The notes beneath the pieces are model-generated. The model was given only the letters and a program-made list of their open reading frames with translations. It was not told where the DNA came from and ran no database searches. A DNA stretch of 64,000 nt, taken from the NCBI GenBank assembly GCA_963843845.1, contig CAWJMB010000003.1, forward strand, positions 243,297-307,296. Direction: 5' to 3'. This document shows positions 10,359-20,832 of this stretch, one piece after another. Source of the stretch: an uncultured Gemmatimonadaceae bacterium. GTDB taxonomy: Bacteria > Gemmatimonadota > Gemmatimonadetes > Gemmatimonadales > Gemmatimonadaceae. The translations under genes and the position numbers were made by a program. Every line of letters starts with the position of its first letter. The stretch's first letter is position 1.

Positions 10359-11699
10359 GGACGGTCAGCGGAAGCTTGACGATCCCCTTCGCCTGGCGTC
10401 CGACGGCAAGGACGTCGCCGTCACGCAGCGGGCGTGGGGCGGTGAGGGTCTCGCCGTTGAGCAGCGTCTCGTTCGGCGTGCCGGCGACCGGGGTGACCTG
10501 CCACCCGGCGGCGCCGCGCTCGACGACGCACTGGCGCGCGTCCCAGAACTCGGCGTCGGGGCCGAACTGCCGTGCGAGGTGCTTGCCGAGCTCCGTGCGC
10601 ACGCCGACCTGCAGCGCGTGCGCCGCCGGCGCCGAGGAGCTGGAGCGCTCGGTGGTGATCGGGACGCGCGCCGTCGCGGCGGGCGGCGGCGCGTGCGGCG
10701 GGTGCGGCAGGTGCCGGCCGCGGAGCCGGCGTGGGTGGCGCGGCCGGCGTCGTGGCCGGCGCGGGGGCGCCGGTGCGTGGCGCCGCGGCCGCTGAGCACC
10801 GCGCGCAGCTCGGCGGCGGTCGGGCGTGCGGCCGGATCGGGCGAGAGACACCGATACAGCGCGTCGCGCGACCGCGGCGTTCTCCGCGGGCGCGGGCAAG
10901 ACGCCGGCGAGCGCCGGAGGCTCCGCGGCGTGCGCGCGCACGAGCGCGGCGTACTCCGCCTGGTCGTCGCGCCAGTACGGGTGCCGGCCGGTCAGCAGCT
11001 CGTAGAGCAGGAGCCCGCAGGTGAACACGTCCGAGGGCAGCCCCGGGACGGCGCCGCGCGTGAGGTGCTCCGGCGAGCGGTAGTTGTCGGTGCCCACGTA
11101 GCCCTGATGGCCGTGCCACGGCGCGCGGCGGTCGGCGAGCAGGGAGAAGTCGGTGTCGATGAGCTTGAGCTGGTAGCCGGCGCCGATGGACGGGTCGCGA
11201 ATCAGGTACACGTTCGGCGGCTTGAGGTCGGCGTGCACGATGCTTCGACTCGTGCAGCGCCGCGATGCCCGCCATGAACACCTTGGCCCAGGTGACGTGG
11301 CGCGCCCACACGTCGGGGTCGCGGAGCGGCCACGCGCCGGTGCGCTCGTGCGCCGCGCGCTCGTCGTCGAAGATCTGCTGCAGGTCGCCGCCGTGCTCGA
11401 CGAACTCGTACGCCTGGAAGTAGGTGGGGCCGCCCCACACCTCCTCGAACGCGTCGACGAGGCGGACGACGTAGTCCGCCGCCTTGCCGCCGCGCACGCG
11501 TGCCGCGAGCTCCTGCTGGTAGTCGACGAACGCCGAGTACCAGACGACCGTCGGCGCCGGCGACTTGTACTGCTTGAGGAAGATCCTGCCGGCCGTCGGG
11601 CGACTCCGCGGCGTACGAGATGGCCATCGCGCCGGGGCCGAACACCTTCGTCACGCGGTAGCCGCGGAGCGTGTCGCCGACTTTGAGCTTCTTCGCCAT
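10348..11699 (-). CDS. Hanks-type Ser/Thr protein kinase with C-terminal FHA-like domain; frame changes
   Basis: YRVTKVFGPGAMAISY (Gly loop), FLKQYK, HADLKPPNVYL, LIDTDFS, VGTDNYRSPEH, SDVFTCGLLLYELLTGRHPY. C-terminal QCVVERGAAGWQV...NETLLNG...LRDGDVLAVG is FHA-like. Confidence 0.88.
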
Positions 11700-11726
11700 G
11701 CGCGAGTCAGTGAGCGCGCGCCGGCA

Positions 11727-12710
11727 TCACAGCGCCACGGTCTCGGCGGACTTCGAGACGCTGGCGGCGAGCTGCTTGAGCGTCGTGCGGAAGTTGGCCG
11801 CGTCGGCCGTGTACTTCTGCAGCGCCTCCTGCGGCGTGAGCCCTTCGTACTCCACGACCTCCCACTCCGACTTGTCGATCTGGCTGAGGCGGTCGTAGCC
11901 CTCGAAGTTCGGCGCGAAGAGGCTGAGGATGATGCGGTTGGCCATCACGACGTTCGCGACGTCCTGCAGGCTGCCGCCCTTCGCCTGAGGGATCGACATC
12001 GTCTCCTTGAACGACGCGTCGGTGAACACGACGACGACGCGCGCCGCCTCGCTGCGGTAGCGCCACTGCGTCGGCTCCTCGCTCTGCGCGCCCTTCGGGC
12101 GTCGCCTCCATCGTCGCCACCTGTAAGAGCGCGTCGAGCAGCGACTCCGGCTCGTCGCCGCCGCCCTGGGCGCGGAGCGTGCGCCAGCTGCGCCTTGAGC
12201 GCGACCGCGTCGCGCACGAACGGGTGGTCCTCGATCCACGGCAGCCCCTCGGCGTCCGCCGCCTCGATGTCGCGATAGCCGACGACCTTGCCGCGCCAGT
12301 CCTTCACCGGCGCGGCGTTGTTCGCGTCGCCCGTGCTCAGCGAGTCGATGAAGACCTCGATGTTGCGGCGCAGCGCGTCGATGCACGGGCGCCATGCTGC
12401 CGCTGACGTCGACGAGGAAGACGATGTCGGCCACGCCCTTGGTCTTCGCCCGCGGCGCGGGCGCCGGCGCGGGCGCGAGTGGGGCCGCGGCCGGCGGGGG
12501 CGGCGCCTGTGCGGCCGCCGCATCGGACGCGGCGACGGGGTCGATCACGCCGGCGGCCCCCGGCGCGGACGCCGTGTCGGCCGCTGGTACCTCGGGGCCC
12601 GGACCATCGGCGCCCGGGCCATCGAGGATCGCCTTCTCCGGTGGAGTGGGAGCGGTCTCGAACTCGGCCTCGGCCTCGGCAGGAGAGCTCGGGGGGAGCG
12701 GTGTAGCCAT
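11727..12710 (-). CDS. von Willebrand factor A (vWA) domain protein with Pro/Ala-rich N-terminus; frame changes
   Basis: MIDAS motif DIVFLVDVSGSM, then PCIDALRRNI, VVGYRD, GGGDEPESLLDAL, RVVVVFTDA. GAGGT RBS before the ATG at 12710. Confidence 0.87.
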   Translation of the reverse strand: MATPLPPSSPAEAEAEFETAPTPPEKAILDGPGADGPGPEVPAADTASAPGAAGVIDPVAASDAAAAQAPPPPAAAPLAPAPAPAPRAKTKGVADIVFLVDVSGSMAPVHRRAAPQHRGLHRLAEHGRREQRRAGEGLARQGRRLSRHRGGGRRGAAVDRGPPVRARRGRAQGAAGARSAPRAAATSRSRCSTRSYRWRRWRRRPKGAQSEEPTQWRYRSEAARVVVVFTDASFKETMSIPQAKGGSLQDVANVVMANRIILSLFAPNFEGYDRLSQIDKSEWEVVEYEGLTPQEALQKYTADAANFRTTLKQLAASVSKSAETVAL

Positions 12711-12821
12711 CGGTGCGGTACCTCGCAAAGTGCGTGAGTGGAGAGCGCTCCTCCTTCTGCACGTCCGCTGCCGCGCCCGCCAATCCGATGCGAAACGGCG
12801 GGTCGCGCGGCACGGTGCCAC

Positions 12822-12862
12822 GGTACTAAATAATAACGGAGCCCGGAAGGGTAATTATGGGC
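12822..12862. promoter_or_regulatory. AT-rich patch upstream of the vWA operon; probable promoter region
   Basis: GGTACTAAATAATAACGG...GGTAATTATGG is conspicuously AT-rich in a very GC-rich background and lies in the divergent gap between the vWA operon and cls. Confidence 0.4.
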
Positions 12863-13311
12863 TCCGATGTGTTGCAGTCTCGACCACGGTACGCCTCGAC
12901 GCATTGGCGCCACCCGCGACGGCGGGAGGAGCCCCGGCACGAGATGGCTGTTAGCGTGCAGGCGGAACGCGCTCCTGGTGATGTTGCGTCCCATCGTGAC
13001 GTACCGACTCCGCTAGTGTCCATGACCCCTGATAGGCCCGTCCCGACGCCATCGCGGATGACGTCCGACCTGCTGATCGGCATCGCCGCGGCCTGTCGGC
13101 GGACGGCGCGCGGTGTTGCGTCGCTCCTCGGGGGAGCGTCGAGCGGGATGCTGTGCCCGGCCCCGTGCGGTGCGCAGCCGGCGGCCGACACCGCGCACCG
13201 TCCGCGCGTCAATCTCGTCACGCCCATCGGCCCCGCGTCGATCACGTCCGCCAGACGACGGCTGAACGAGCGGCCGCGCCTCGCCGCCGAGATTGGCGAC
13301 CGGGTTCTGAC

Positions 13312-14877
13312 GTGAGCCGCCCCTGGAACGCCGTCCGGCGACGTACGTGGGTGGGAGTCACCGCGGGCGCGGTCGTCGTCGTCGCCCTGGCCGTCCTCGG
13401 CGTCGGGCTGTCCGGCCTGGGCGACGCCGTGGACGGCGCCACCAGCGAGCCCGCCCAGTGGGCCGGCGGCCTCGTCGCGCTGCTCGTCGCCGCGTTCGCT
13501 GTCGTCGGTCTGCGCGACACCATCGCGGCGGGCGACCGGCTGTCGGTGCGGATCATGAGCGGCGTACTGCGCCTGCTCCTCCTCGTGCTCGCGACCATCG
13601 GACTGTTCGACACCCTGCGCGGCTCCGCACTCCAGGGCATCCGGGTCCTCGGCGAGTCGGGGCGCACCGTCCCCGTCTCGCACCCCGCGTTCCGCACCAC
13701 CATGGAGCTCATGACCGGCACGCCGCTGTCGGCTGGTAACACGGTGGCCGTGATGACCAACGGCGACGAGACGTACCCGCTGCTCTGGGACGACCTACGT
13801 GCCGCCCACCGCTCGATCGCGCTCCAGCTCTATTACGTCGAGCCGGGGCGGATGGCCGACGAGCTCCGGGAGATCCTGACCGAGCGGGCCCGCGCCGGCG
13901 TGCGCGTCCTCTTGCTCGTCGACGCGTTCGGCGCCGAGGCCGTGCCGGCCGGGTACTTCGACGCCCTTCGCGCCGCGGGCGTGGAGGTCGCTCGATTCCG
14001 GCCGCTGCGCTTGATCTCGCTGCACCGAGTGAACGCCCGGTCGCACGTCCGCGTGATCTCGGTCGATGGAGTCGTCGGCTACACGGGGGGGTTCGGGATC
14101 GCCGACAAGTGGTACGGCACCGGCCGACTGGCCGGGGAGTGGCGCGAGACGAACGTCCGGTTCACCGGGCCGGCCGTGGGACAGCTGCTCGCGGCGTTCG
14201 CCGTGGGATGGGCCGAGGCGACGGGACACCTGCTGACGCTCGACCCGGATGCGGCCGCGGCGCTCACCGGTGATACCCCCGGTGAGGCGGACACCTCCGC
14301 GCCGGCCGTCGTCTCCCGCGGCCTGCCCGTCGCCGCGGCCGGGCTGCTGCACACCGCGCCGACGTTGGGCAGCACGCGCGCCGAGCGGTTCCTCTCCCTC
14401 TCCATCGGTTCGGCACGCGAGCGGCTCTACGTCACCAACGCGTACTTCGTCCCCGGCACATACTTCCGCCGGCTGCTGGAGCGGGCCGCCGCGCGCGGCG
14501 TCGACGTGCGCGTGCTGACCACCGGCTCTTCGGACGTGTCGACCACCTGGTACGCGGGGCGGGCGCAGTACGCCGACCTCCTCGCCGCCGGCGTGCGCAT
14601 CTACGAGTACACGCCGACCATGATGCATGCGAAGACGATGGTCGTGGACGGCCGCTGGATCTCGGTGGGGAGCATGAACTTCGACAACCGATCGCTCGTG
14701 TTCAACGACGAGGCGAATCTCGTCGCGCTCGACACGGCGTTGGGCAGTCGACTGGAGGCCATCTTCCTGGCCGACCTCGCGTTCGCGCGCGAGGTGACGC
14801 CTGCGTCGTTCGCCCGGCGCCCGTGGTGGCACCGGCCGCGTGAGTGGGTCGCGAGCCTGCTCACCCGCGTCCTGTGA
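13312..14877 (+). CDS. cls: Cardiolipin synthase / phospholipase D family with N-terminal TM helices
   Basis: GNTVAVMTNGDETYP, GVRVLLLVDAFG, RSHVRVISVDG...TGGFG, WRETNVRFTGPAV, TNAYFVP, MMHAKTMVVDG...GSMNFDNRS. Confidence 0.88.
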   Translation: MSRPWNAVRRRTWVGVTAGAVVVVALAVLGVGLSGLGDAVDGATSEPAQWAGGLVALLVAAFAVVGLRDTIAAGDRLSVRIMSGVLRLLLLVLATIGLFDTLRGSALQGIRVLGESGRTVPVSHPAFRTTMELMTGTPLSAGNTVAVMTNGDETYPLLWDDLRAAHRSIALQLYYVEPGRMADELREILTERARAGVRVLLLVDAFGAEAVPAGYFDALRAAGVEVARFRPLRLISLHRVNARSHVRVISVDGVVGYTGGFGIADKWYGTGRLAGEWRETNVRFTGPAVGQLLAAFAVGWAEATGHLLTLDPDAAAALTGDTPGEADTSAPAVVSRGLPVAAAGLLHTAPTLGSTRAERFLSLSIGSARERLYVTNAYFVPGTYFRRLLERAAARGVDVRVLTTGSSDVSTTWYAGRAQYADLLAAGVRIYEYTPTMMHAKTMVVDGRWISVGSMNFDNRSLVFNDEANLVALDTALGSRLEAIFLADLAFAREVTPASFARRPWWHRPREWVASLLTRVL

Positions 14878-14968
14878 CGTGCACGAGGACGGACGACTCA
14901 TGGGCGCAGTCGGGTTGCACACGGACAGCCGCCGAGGTGAGGGGCGGCGGACCGTCACCGCGCGGGGC

Positions 14969-16890
14969 TCACTCCGCGGCGCCGGCAACGAACAGCTCGA
15001 CGGCGCGCGGAGGCATGCGAACGGACGCGCGCTGCGTGCTCGCGTCCGGGGTCGACTCGGACGCCACGGTCGCCGGGTCGTCGCCGGAATACCTCGCCGA
15101 CACGGTCGACAGCACGCGCCGCCACGGCGGCGCCGTCCGGCCCGCGACGTCCGCGGGAAGCGCGATCTCGCGGCACTCGTCGGCCAGGTTGTGGACGAGG
15201 CACACCGCGCGCGCCGAGGCGGCATGCGGTACGAGCACGAGCGTGCCGGACTGCCCGTCCTCGGCGGCGCGGGTCACGGCGTCGGCGGCGCCGGGGCGGA
15301 GTGCGGGCTCCGACCGCCGCAGCGCGAGCGCGTCGCGGTAGAGCGCACGCAGCGCGGCGCCGCGCGGCGTGCACCGCCGGCCGTGATCGAGCCGCGACCG
15401 CACGAACGTCGCCGGGTCGCCCGGGTCGGGCACCCCGTCACCCCACGCGAAGTCCGCGAACTCCGCACGCCGCCCCTCGCGCACCGCATCGAGCAGCGCC
15501 GCGTCGCCATGGCTCACGAAGTACAGGAACGGATTCGTCTCGCCATACTCCTCGCCCATGAAGAGCAGCGGCACGTAGCCCGAGAGGAGCACGAGCGCCG
15601 CGGCCGCCTTCTGCCGCTCGAAGTCGACGAGCGCGCCGAGTCGGTCGCCGGTCGCACGGTTGCCGACCTGATCGTGGTTCTGCAGCGCGACGACGAAGCG
15701 GTCGCGCGAGACGCCGCGGCCCCCCGTCGTGGTCGATCGGCGAACGCTCGGGCGAGAATCCTCGCCCCTCGCGCACGAACGGGGTGCCTAACGCATTCGC
15801 CACCGCGATGCCCGCGAACGGCGCATAGTAGCCGCGCATCTCGCCGGTCAGCGCGACGTGCACCGCGTGGTGCAGGTCGTCGGCCCACTGCGCGTCGAAG
15901 CCGAGGCCGCCGTCGGCAGTGGGCGTCACCACGCGCGGGTCGTTCAGGTCGCTCTCGGCGATGACGTGCGCGCGGCGGCCTGACGCGTGCGCGCGGTCGT
16001 GCACGGCGTCGGTCAGCTCCGCGAGCAGGTGGCGCGGCGACGCGTCGTAGATGCCGTGCACCGCGTCGAGTCGGAGCGCGTCGACGCGACAGTCGGTGAT
16101 CCAGTACAGCGCGTTCTCGATCACGTGCCGCCGCACCCGGGCGCTGCCCGCGCCCGTCGAGATTCACCGCGCGCCCCACGGGGTCGTGTAGCGCTCGGTG
16201 AAGTACGGGCCGTATGCGTCGAGGTAGTTCCCCTCGGGGCCGAGGTGGTTGTAGACGACGTCGAGCACGACCGCGATCCCCTCGCCGTGCGCGGCGTCGA
16301 CGAGGCGGCGCAACCCCTCGGGTCCGCCGTAGCTGCTCTGCGGCGGCGTAGAGGTGCACGCCGTCGTACCCCCAGTTGCGCCCCCCGGGGAACTCCGCGA
16401 TCGGCATCAGCTCGATCGCCGTGACGCCGAGCTCGCGGAGCGCAGCGAGGTGAGGGATGACGCCGTCGAACGTGCCGGCGTCGCTGAACGTGCCGACGTG
16501 CAGCTCGTAGATCACGTAGTCGGCCATCGCGTCGAGCCCGCGCCACGCCGTGTCGCGCCACGCGAACGCGCCCGCGTCGACGACGCGCGACGGGCCGTGC
16601 ACGCCGCGCGGCTGCCAGCGGCTCCGCGGGTCGGGGAGCGCACGGTCGCCGTCGAGCACGAAGCGGTAGTCGAGTCCCGCCGACGCGCCGGCGACCGTGC
16701 CGGCGAACAGGTCGCGGTCACGGTGCAGCGCGATCTCGTCGAGCGGGGCGCCGTGCCCGTCGAGCAGGCGAACCCGGACCGATCGGCTGCGCGGCGCCCA
16801 CACCGCGAAGCGCACACCGTCGCCGTCGACGACCGCGCCGAGTGTCTCCTCGGACGCCGCGTCGTCCGGCTGCTGCTCTGTCGTCGCCAC
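14969..16890 (-). CDS. treZ: Malto-oligosyltrehalose trehalohydrolase (GH13); frame changes
   Basis: [101 protein letters not shown]. Confidence 0.93.
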
Positions 16891-17047
16891 CGTGCCCCAC
16901 CCGCCTTCGCCCTGGATTGATGGCGGGCCCAGCGCCGCCGCTCCGTCGCTGCGTCCTCGCGACGACGTCCCTCGTGCCGTGCGGCGTCGCGCAGACGACG
17001 TGCCGAGGCTTCGGGCCCGGCGTGGAATCCGGCCGACGCGCCGTACG

Positions 17048-17596
17048 TCAGCGACTCCAGGGCGGCACGACGTTGTTGCTGCGCGCGTAGGCGATGAGCT
17101 GGCCGAGGTGCTCGTGCAGATGCGTGGCGGTGAAGATCAGCGCCAGCTGGCGCGTCATCGGCTGACCGAAGAAGCTGATCGTCTGGCTGCGGTTCGCGTC
17201 CGTCGTGAGGTCCATGGCCTCGTGCAGATGCGTGAACGACGCCTCGACCTCGGCGACGATCCGCTCCTTCGACTGCTTGCGCGTCTCGTAGGCGCCGACC
17301 GATTTCGGGTCGGCCGCGTCGATCGCGACCGAGGCGGGGACCGGCTTTCCCATCGTCGACGGGATGAGGTAGTTGTCGCCGGCGACGTGGAGGAGCGTCT
17401 CGCCGACCGAGCGGGCGCCCGGCGGGCGCCAGTCGTACGCGGTCGCGGGGATCGCCTTCGCGAGTGCGACGATCTTCTGCTGCACCCCGTTCACGTCGCG
17501 GTGCAGATCGGCCACGACGTCCTGCGCCGACGCGGACGCGGGGAGCACGAGGGAGGCGAGGAGCGTGAGTGTCGGCGTGCGGGTCGGCATGCGCAT
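17048..17596 (-). CDS. DinB/YfiT-like secreted protein
   Basis: Signal peptide (ASASAQ), YDWRPPGARSVGETLLHVA, HLHEHLGQLIAYARSNNVVPPWS. Confidence 0.85.
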   Translation of the reverse strand: MRMPTRTPTLTLLASLVLPASASAQDVVADLHRDVNGVQQKIVALAKAIPATAYDWRPPGARSVGETLLHVAGDNYLIPSTMGKPVPASVAIDAADPKSVGAYETRKQSKERIVAEVEASFTHLHEAMDLTTDANRSQTISFFGQPMTRQLALIFTATHLHEHLGQLIAYARSNNVVPPWSR

Positions 17597-17636
17597 CGAG
17601 CGAGTCCTCGGACGGGGGTGGGAAGTTCGTCGCGCG

Positions 17637-18701
17637 CTACTCGACACGAATGAACGCCAGCGCGTTGTTCGCGTTCATCGGAATCACGAGCTGGTTCGCG
17701 CCGGCGTCGTAGCACATCGACGCGGCGCTCGGAATGTTGCGCGCGATCAGCTCCGCCGCACGCCCCGGCCGGATGCGCGACACGCCTCCGTGTACGACGC
17801 TGCTCACGTACTTCGTCCCGTCGCGCATGATCACGAGACCGTCGTTGCCAGGCTGCGCGGCGCGTTCGGTCTTCACCAGCCGCCCGCCGGCGCGAACGTC
17901 AGCACCTCGTCGTCGCCGATGTTCACGACGACGACGTTGTCCCTGCGCGTCGAGCGCGACGCCGTTGGGCTGCGCAGCGGCGCGCCCTGCACGAAGATCG
18001 ACGCCGTCGCCGTCGGCGCGATCTTCCACACCTGCCACGTCGCGGGGTTCGCGGCGTCGCCGCGGTCGCCGGTCTGCGTCGCGTACACGGTGCCGTCGTC
18101 GGCGACTTCGATGTCGTTGAACCACGTCGACTGCGGCACGCGCATCTCGCCGGCCGGCGCGCCGGTCTTCATGTCGAACCTGCGCACGACGGCGACGCTC
18201 GGCTCCGCGGCCGTCGTGCCGCCGTCGCGGTCGGCGACGTACAGCATGCCGTTCGCGATGTCGCTGCCGTACGGCTCGTTCAGCACGAGCGGCGGCGTCA
18301 GCGCGCCGCGCGCCGGCGGGTCCTGCACGCCGAGCCAGCGCGCCGTGTGCACGGAGCCGTCGTGATTGAGGAACGAGATCCACGCGTTGTTGCGTCTGCA
18401 CGTTCTGCGGCACGCCGCGGTTCGGCACGACGATCACGCCGCGCTGCGGGTCGTACGAGCAGCTCTCCGCCGAGTAGATCGCGCCGTAGACCTTGACGTT
18501 CGACGAGATCGGTTCGAAGGCGGCGCTCGGCGCGTCCGGCGCGTTCGGCGTCGGCGCGACCGGGAGGCCGAGTCGATTGCCGACGACGAAGGGCTGCGGC
18601 TGCTGCGCCGCCTGCTGCGCGACGAGGGCGACCGCGGCGGCGCCGGTGGCGGTGCCGACGACGAGCGCGGACGCGCCGACGACGAACGTGGCTCGGGTCA
18701 T
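17637..18701 (-). CDS. SMP-30/gluconolactonase-like secreted beta-propeller protein; frame changes
   Basis: GAIYSAESCSYD, LNEPYGSDIANGMLYVAD, WFNDIEVADDGTVYATQTG, QPNGVALD, GNDGLVIMRDG. Confidence 0.75.
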   Translation of the reverse strand: MTRATFVVGASALVVGTATGAAAVALVAQQAAQQPQPFVVGNRLGLPVAPTPNAPDAPSAAFEPISSNVKVYGAIYSAESCSYDPQRGVIVVPNRGVPQNVQTQQRVDLVPQSRRLRAHGALARRAGPAGARRADAAARAERAVRQRHRERHAVRRRPRRRHDGRGAERRRRAQVRHEDRRAGRRDARAAVDVVQRHRSRRRRHRVRDADRRPRRRREPRDVAGVEDRADGDGVDLRAGRAAAQPNGVALDAQGQRRRREHRRRRGADVRAGGRLVKTERAAQPGNDGLVIMRDGTKYVSSVVHGGVSRIRPGRAAELIARNIPSAASMCYDAGANQLVIPMNANNALAFIRVE

Positions 18702-18969
18702 GTCGACGTCTCCGAGAAGTGGGCCGGCGGTGGCCGCGCGCGGCGAGCGGCGGCGTGGAGCGGGAACGATAGCGCCACGCCGCCCGCTCAGCAGCGCCGC
18801 CGGCGGCGCCGAATGTGCGGAGCGCGGGGGCGGCACTCTCCGCGTCCGCCGCGCTGCCCGCGGCCTTCCCCCTTCCCCGGTCCGGCATGCCCCACGACAG
18901 CTCCTGCCCCGAGGCGACCCCGCAACCGCCGAACGCGGCGCGAGCCCACGACGCGCTGCGGGGGGCGCG

Positions 18970-19509
18970 ATGAGCAGCGCCTGGTTCGACGGATGGGCGG
19001 TGCTGCTGCGCACGCTGCTGGTCGGCACGGCCGCCTACGTCGCGCTCGTCGTGCTCCTGCGCGCGTCGGGGAAGCGCACGCTCGCGAAGCTCAACGCGTT
19101 CGACCTCGTCGTCACCGTCGCGCTGGGATCGACGTTCGCGTCCCTCCTGACCTCGAAGGACGTCGCCCTCGCGCAGGGCGTCGTCGCCTTCGCGCTGCTC
19201 ATCGGTCTCCAGTTCGTGGTGACGTGGGGGTCCGTGCGCTGGGACTGGCTGCGCGACGCGGTGCGGTCGGAGCCGACGCTGTTGCTGCACCGCGGCGCGC
19301 CCCTGACCGACGCGATGCGCCGCGAGCGCGTCACGCTCGGCGAGCTCGAAGCCTCCGCGCGCGCGGCCGGCGCGTCCGACCTCGCGCACGTCGAGAGCGT
19401 CGTGCTCGAGACCGACGGCTCGCTCAGCGTCGTACGCGCGGCGCCGAGCGCGGCGCCGAGCGCGGCGGGCGACCCGACGGCGTCGCTCACTTCGGCCGCG
19501 GGTCCGTGA
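18970..19509 (+). CDS. DUF421 (YetF-like) membrane protein
   Basis: LRASGKRTLAKLNAFDLVVTVALGS, EPTLLLHRG, VVLETDGSLSVV. Confidence 0.9.
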   Translation: MSSAWFDGWAVLLRTLLVGTAAYVALVVLLRASGKRTLAKLNAFDLVVTVALGSTFASLLTSKDVALAQGVVAFALLIGLQFVVTWGSVRWDWLRDAVRSEPTLLLHRGAPLTDAMRRERVTLGELEASARAAGASDLAHVESVVLETDGSLSVVRAAPSAAPSAAGDPTASLTSAAGP

Positions 19510-20587
19510 GCTGGTCGCCCGGGTTCGGCCGCGCCCCATCGCGCTTCTGTCGCATCGCGTCGACGAGCGTGTGGGCGAGATTGCGCACCTCCTGCTGCAC
19601 GGCGGCGTCGCGGTCGAGCGCCTCGTGGCTCGTCGCATACGGCTCCATGTAGCCGATGTAACGGTCGATCGTCGCGTGGTTCCCCGCCTGCTCGAGCTGC
19701 ATGTCGAGCAGCCAGTCCGTGATCGCGCGCCGCGTGTTCTCGGCGCCCGCCGCGTCGCCGTGCGTGAACACGGTGAACTGCCGCCCCTTCAGGTGCCGCG
19801 GGTAGTCCCACCCCGCCAGCTCGAGCGCCTTCGCTTCCTCGGGCTGCTTGCCGTGCGTCGACGTCGGGTCCGGGTTGCCGCCGTCGGCGCACACGAGCCG
19901 GTCCATCATCAGCTTCAACGCGCTCGGCGCCTGGTACCAGTAGACCGGCGTCACGATCATCACGCCGTGCGCGGCCACCCACCGCGGGTAGAGCTCGTTC
20001 ATCCAGTCGTTCACCTGCGCCATCGCGTGGTTCGGGTAGCAGGAGCACGGCCAGTGGCAGAGCGGCATGGCCGTCGCGACGCACGACTTGCACGGCAGGA
20101 TCTGCTTCCCGTACTCCGCCGTGAGCAGGCTGAGGTCGAGGAAGTCGCACTCGACGTCCGCCTCGCGCGCGAACACGTCCGCGGCGAGCTGCGCGAGGCG
20201 GTACGTCTTCGGCGTCTCGCCCGGACACGTCTCGTTCGACCGCGCGGCCGCCGAGACGAGCAGCACGCGGCGCGGCCCGGCGGGGTCCTCGTGGCGGCGC
20301 TGCGCCTCGTGGACCGCGTCGCGCGCGGCGAGCCACTCGACCGGGAGGTCGAACTCGGGGTCGAAGAAGCCGGGCCCTGCCTTCCGCGTGCGCGGGCTCT
20401 TGTGATACTCGTCGTAGGTCGTCCACGCGACGTCCATGACGCGGTCGATCTCGGCGCGCACGGCGTCGAACGCGGGGTCGTAGAACCGCTCGCCGAGCCG
20501 GCGCGCGAACTCCTCGCGGGAGAGCTTCGTGCTCGGCTGCTCGCGCCGGATCTCCGGGACGCGGGGGGACTCGTCGGACGAGGTCAT
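19487..20587 (-). CDS. Flavodoxin-fold NADPH-dependent FMN reductase / iron-sulfur flavoprotein
   Basis: PCKSCVATAMPLCHWPCSCYP Cys cluster, IVTPVYWYQAPSALKLMMDRL, FTHGDAAG. Confidence 0.85.
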   Translation of the reverse strand: MTSSDESPRVPEIRREQPSTKLSREEFARRLGERFYDPAFDAVRAEIDRVMDVAWTTYDEYHKSPRTRKAGPGFFDPEFDLPVEWLAARDAVHEAQRRHEDPAGPRRVLLVSAAARSNETCPGETPKTYRLAQLAADVFAREADVECDFLDLSLLTAEYGKQILPCKSCVATAMPLCHWPCSCYPNHAMAQVNDWMNELYPRWVAAHGVMIVTPVYWYQAPSALKLMMDRLVCADGGNPDPTSTHGKQPEEAKALELAGWDYPRHLKGRQFTVFTHGDAAGAENTRRAITDWLLDMQLEQAGNHATIDRYIGYMEPYATSHEALDRDAAVQQEVRNLAHTLVDAMRQKRDGARPNPGDQLTDPRPK

Positions 20588-20832
20588 GCGACGCGGGGAT
20601 TGAATGGTTCGGTGCGAGACCGGCGTGGACGCGATCGATCCGGCGAGCGGAGGGAACCGCGGCGCCTGTCGCACGCGCGGCGCGCCGGTGCAACCCGCGG
20701 GCCCGAGCCGACGATCGACCGCGACTTGCCGGCCGGAGCGCGCGAGCGTGCGACGGGCGAGCGAGCGACGAGCGAGCGTGCGCCGCCGCGGCGGGACCGA
20801 CCCTCGCGCGTGATGCGGGGTACACCCCGCTC

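Noticed and set aside
12860..13310. ORF or structured RNA in the vWA-cls gap
   Set aside because: The ORF translations lack recognisable features and I could not support a conserved RNA fold.
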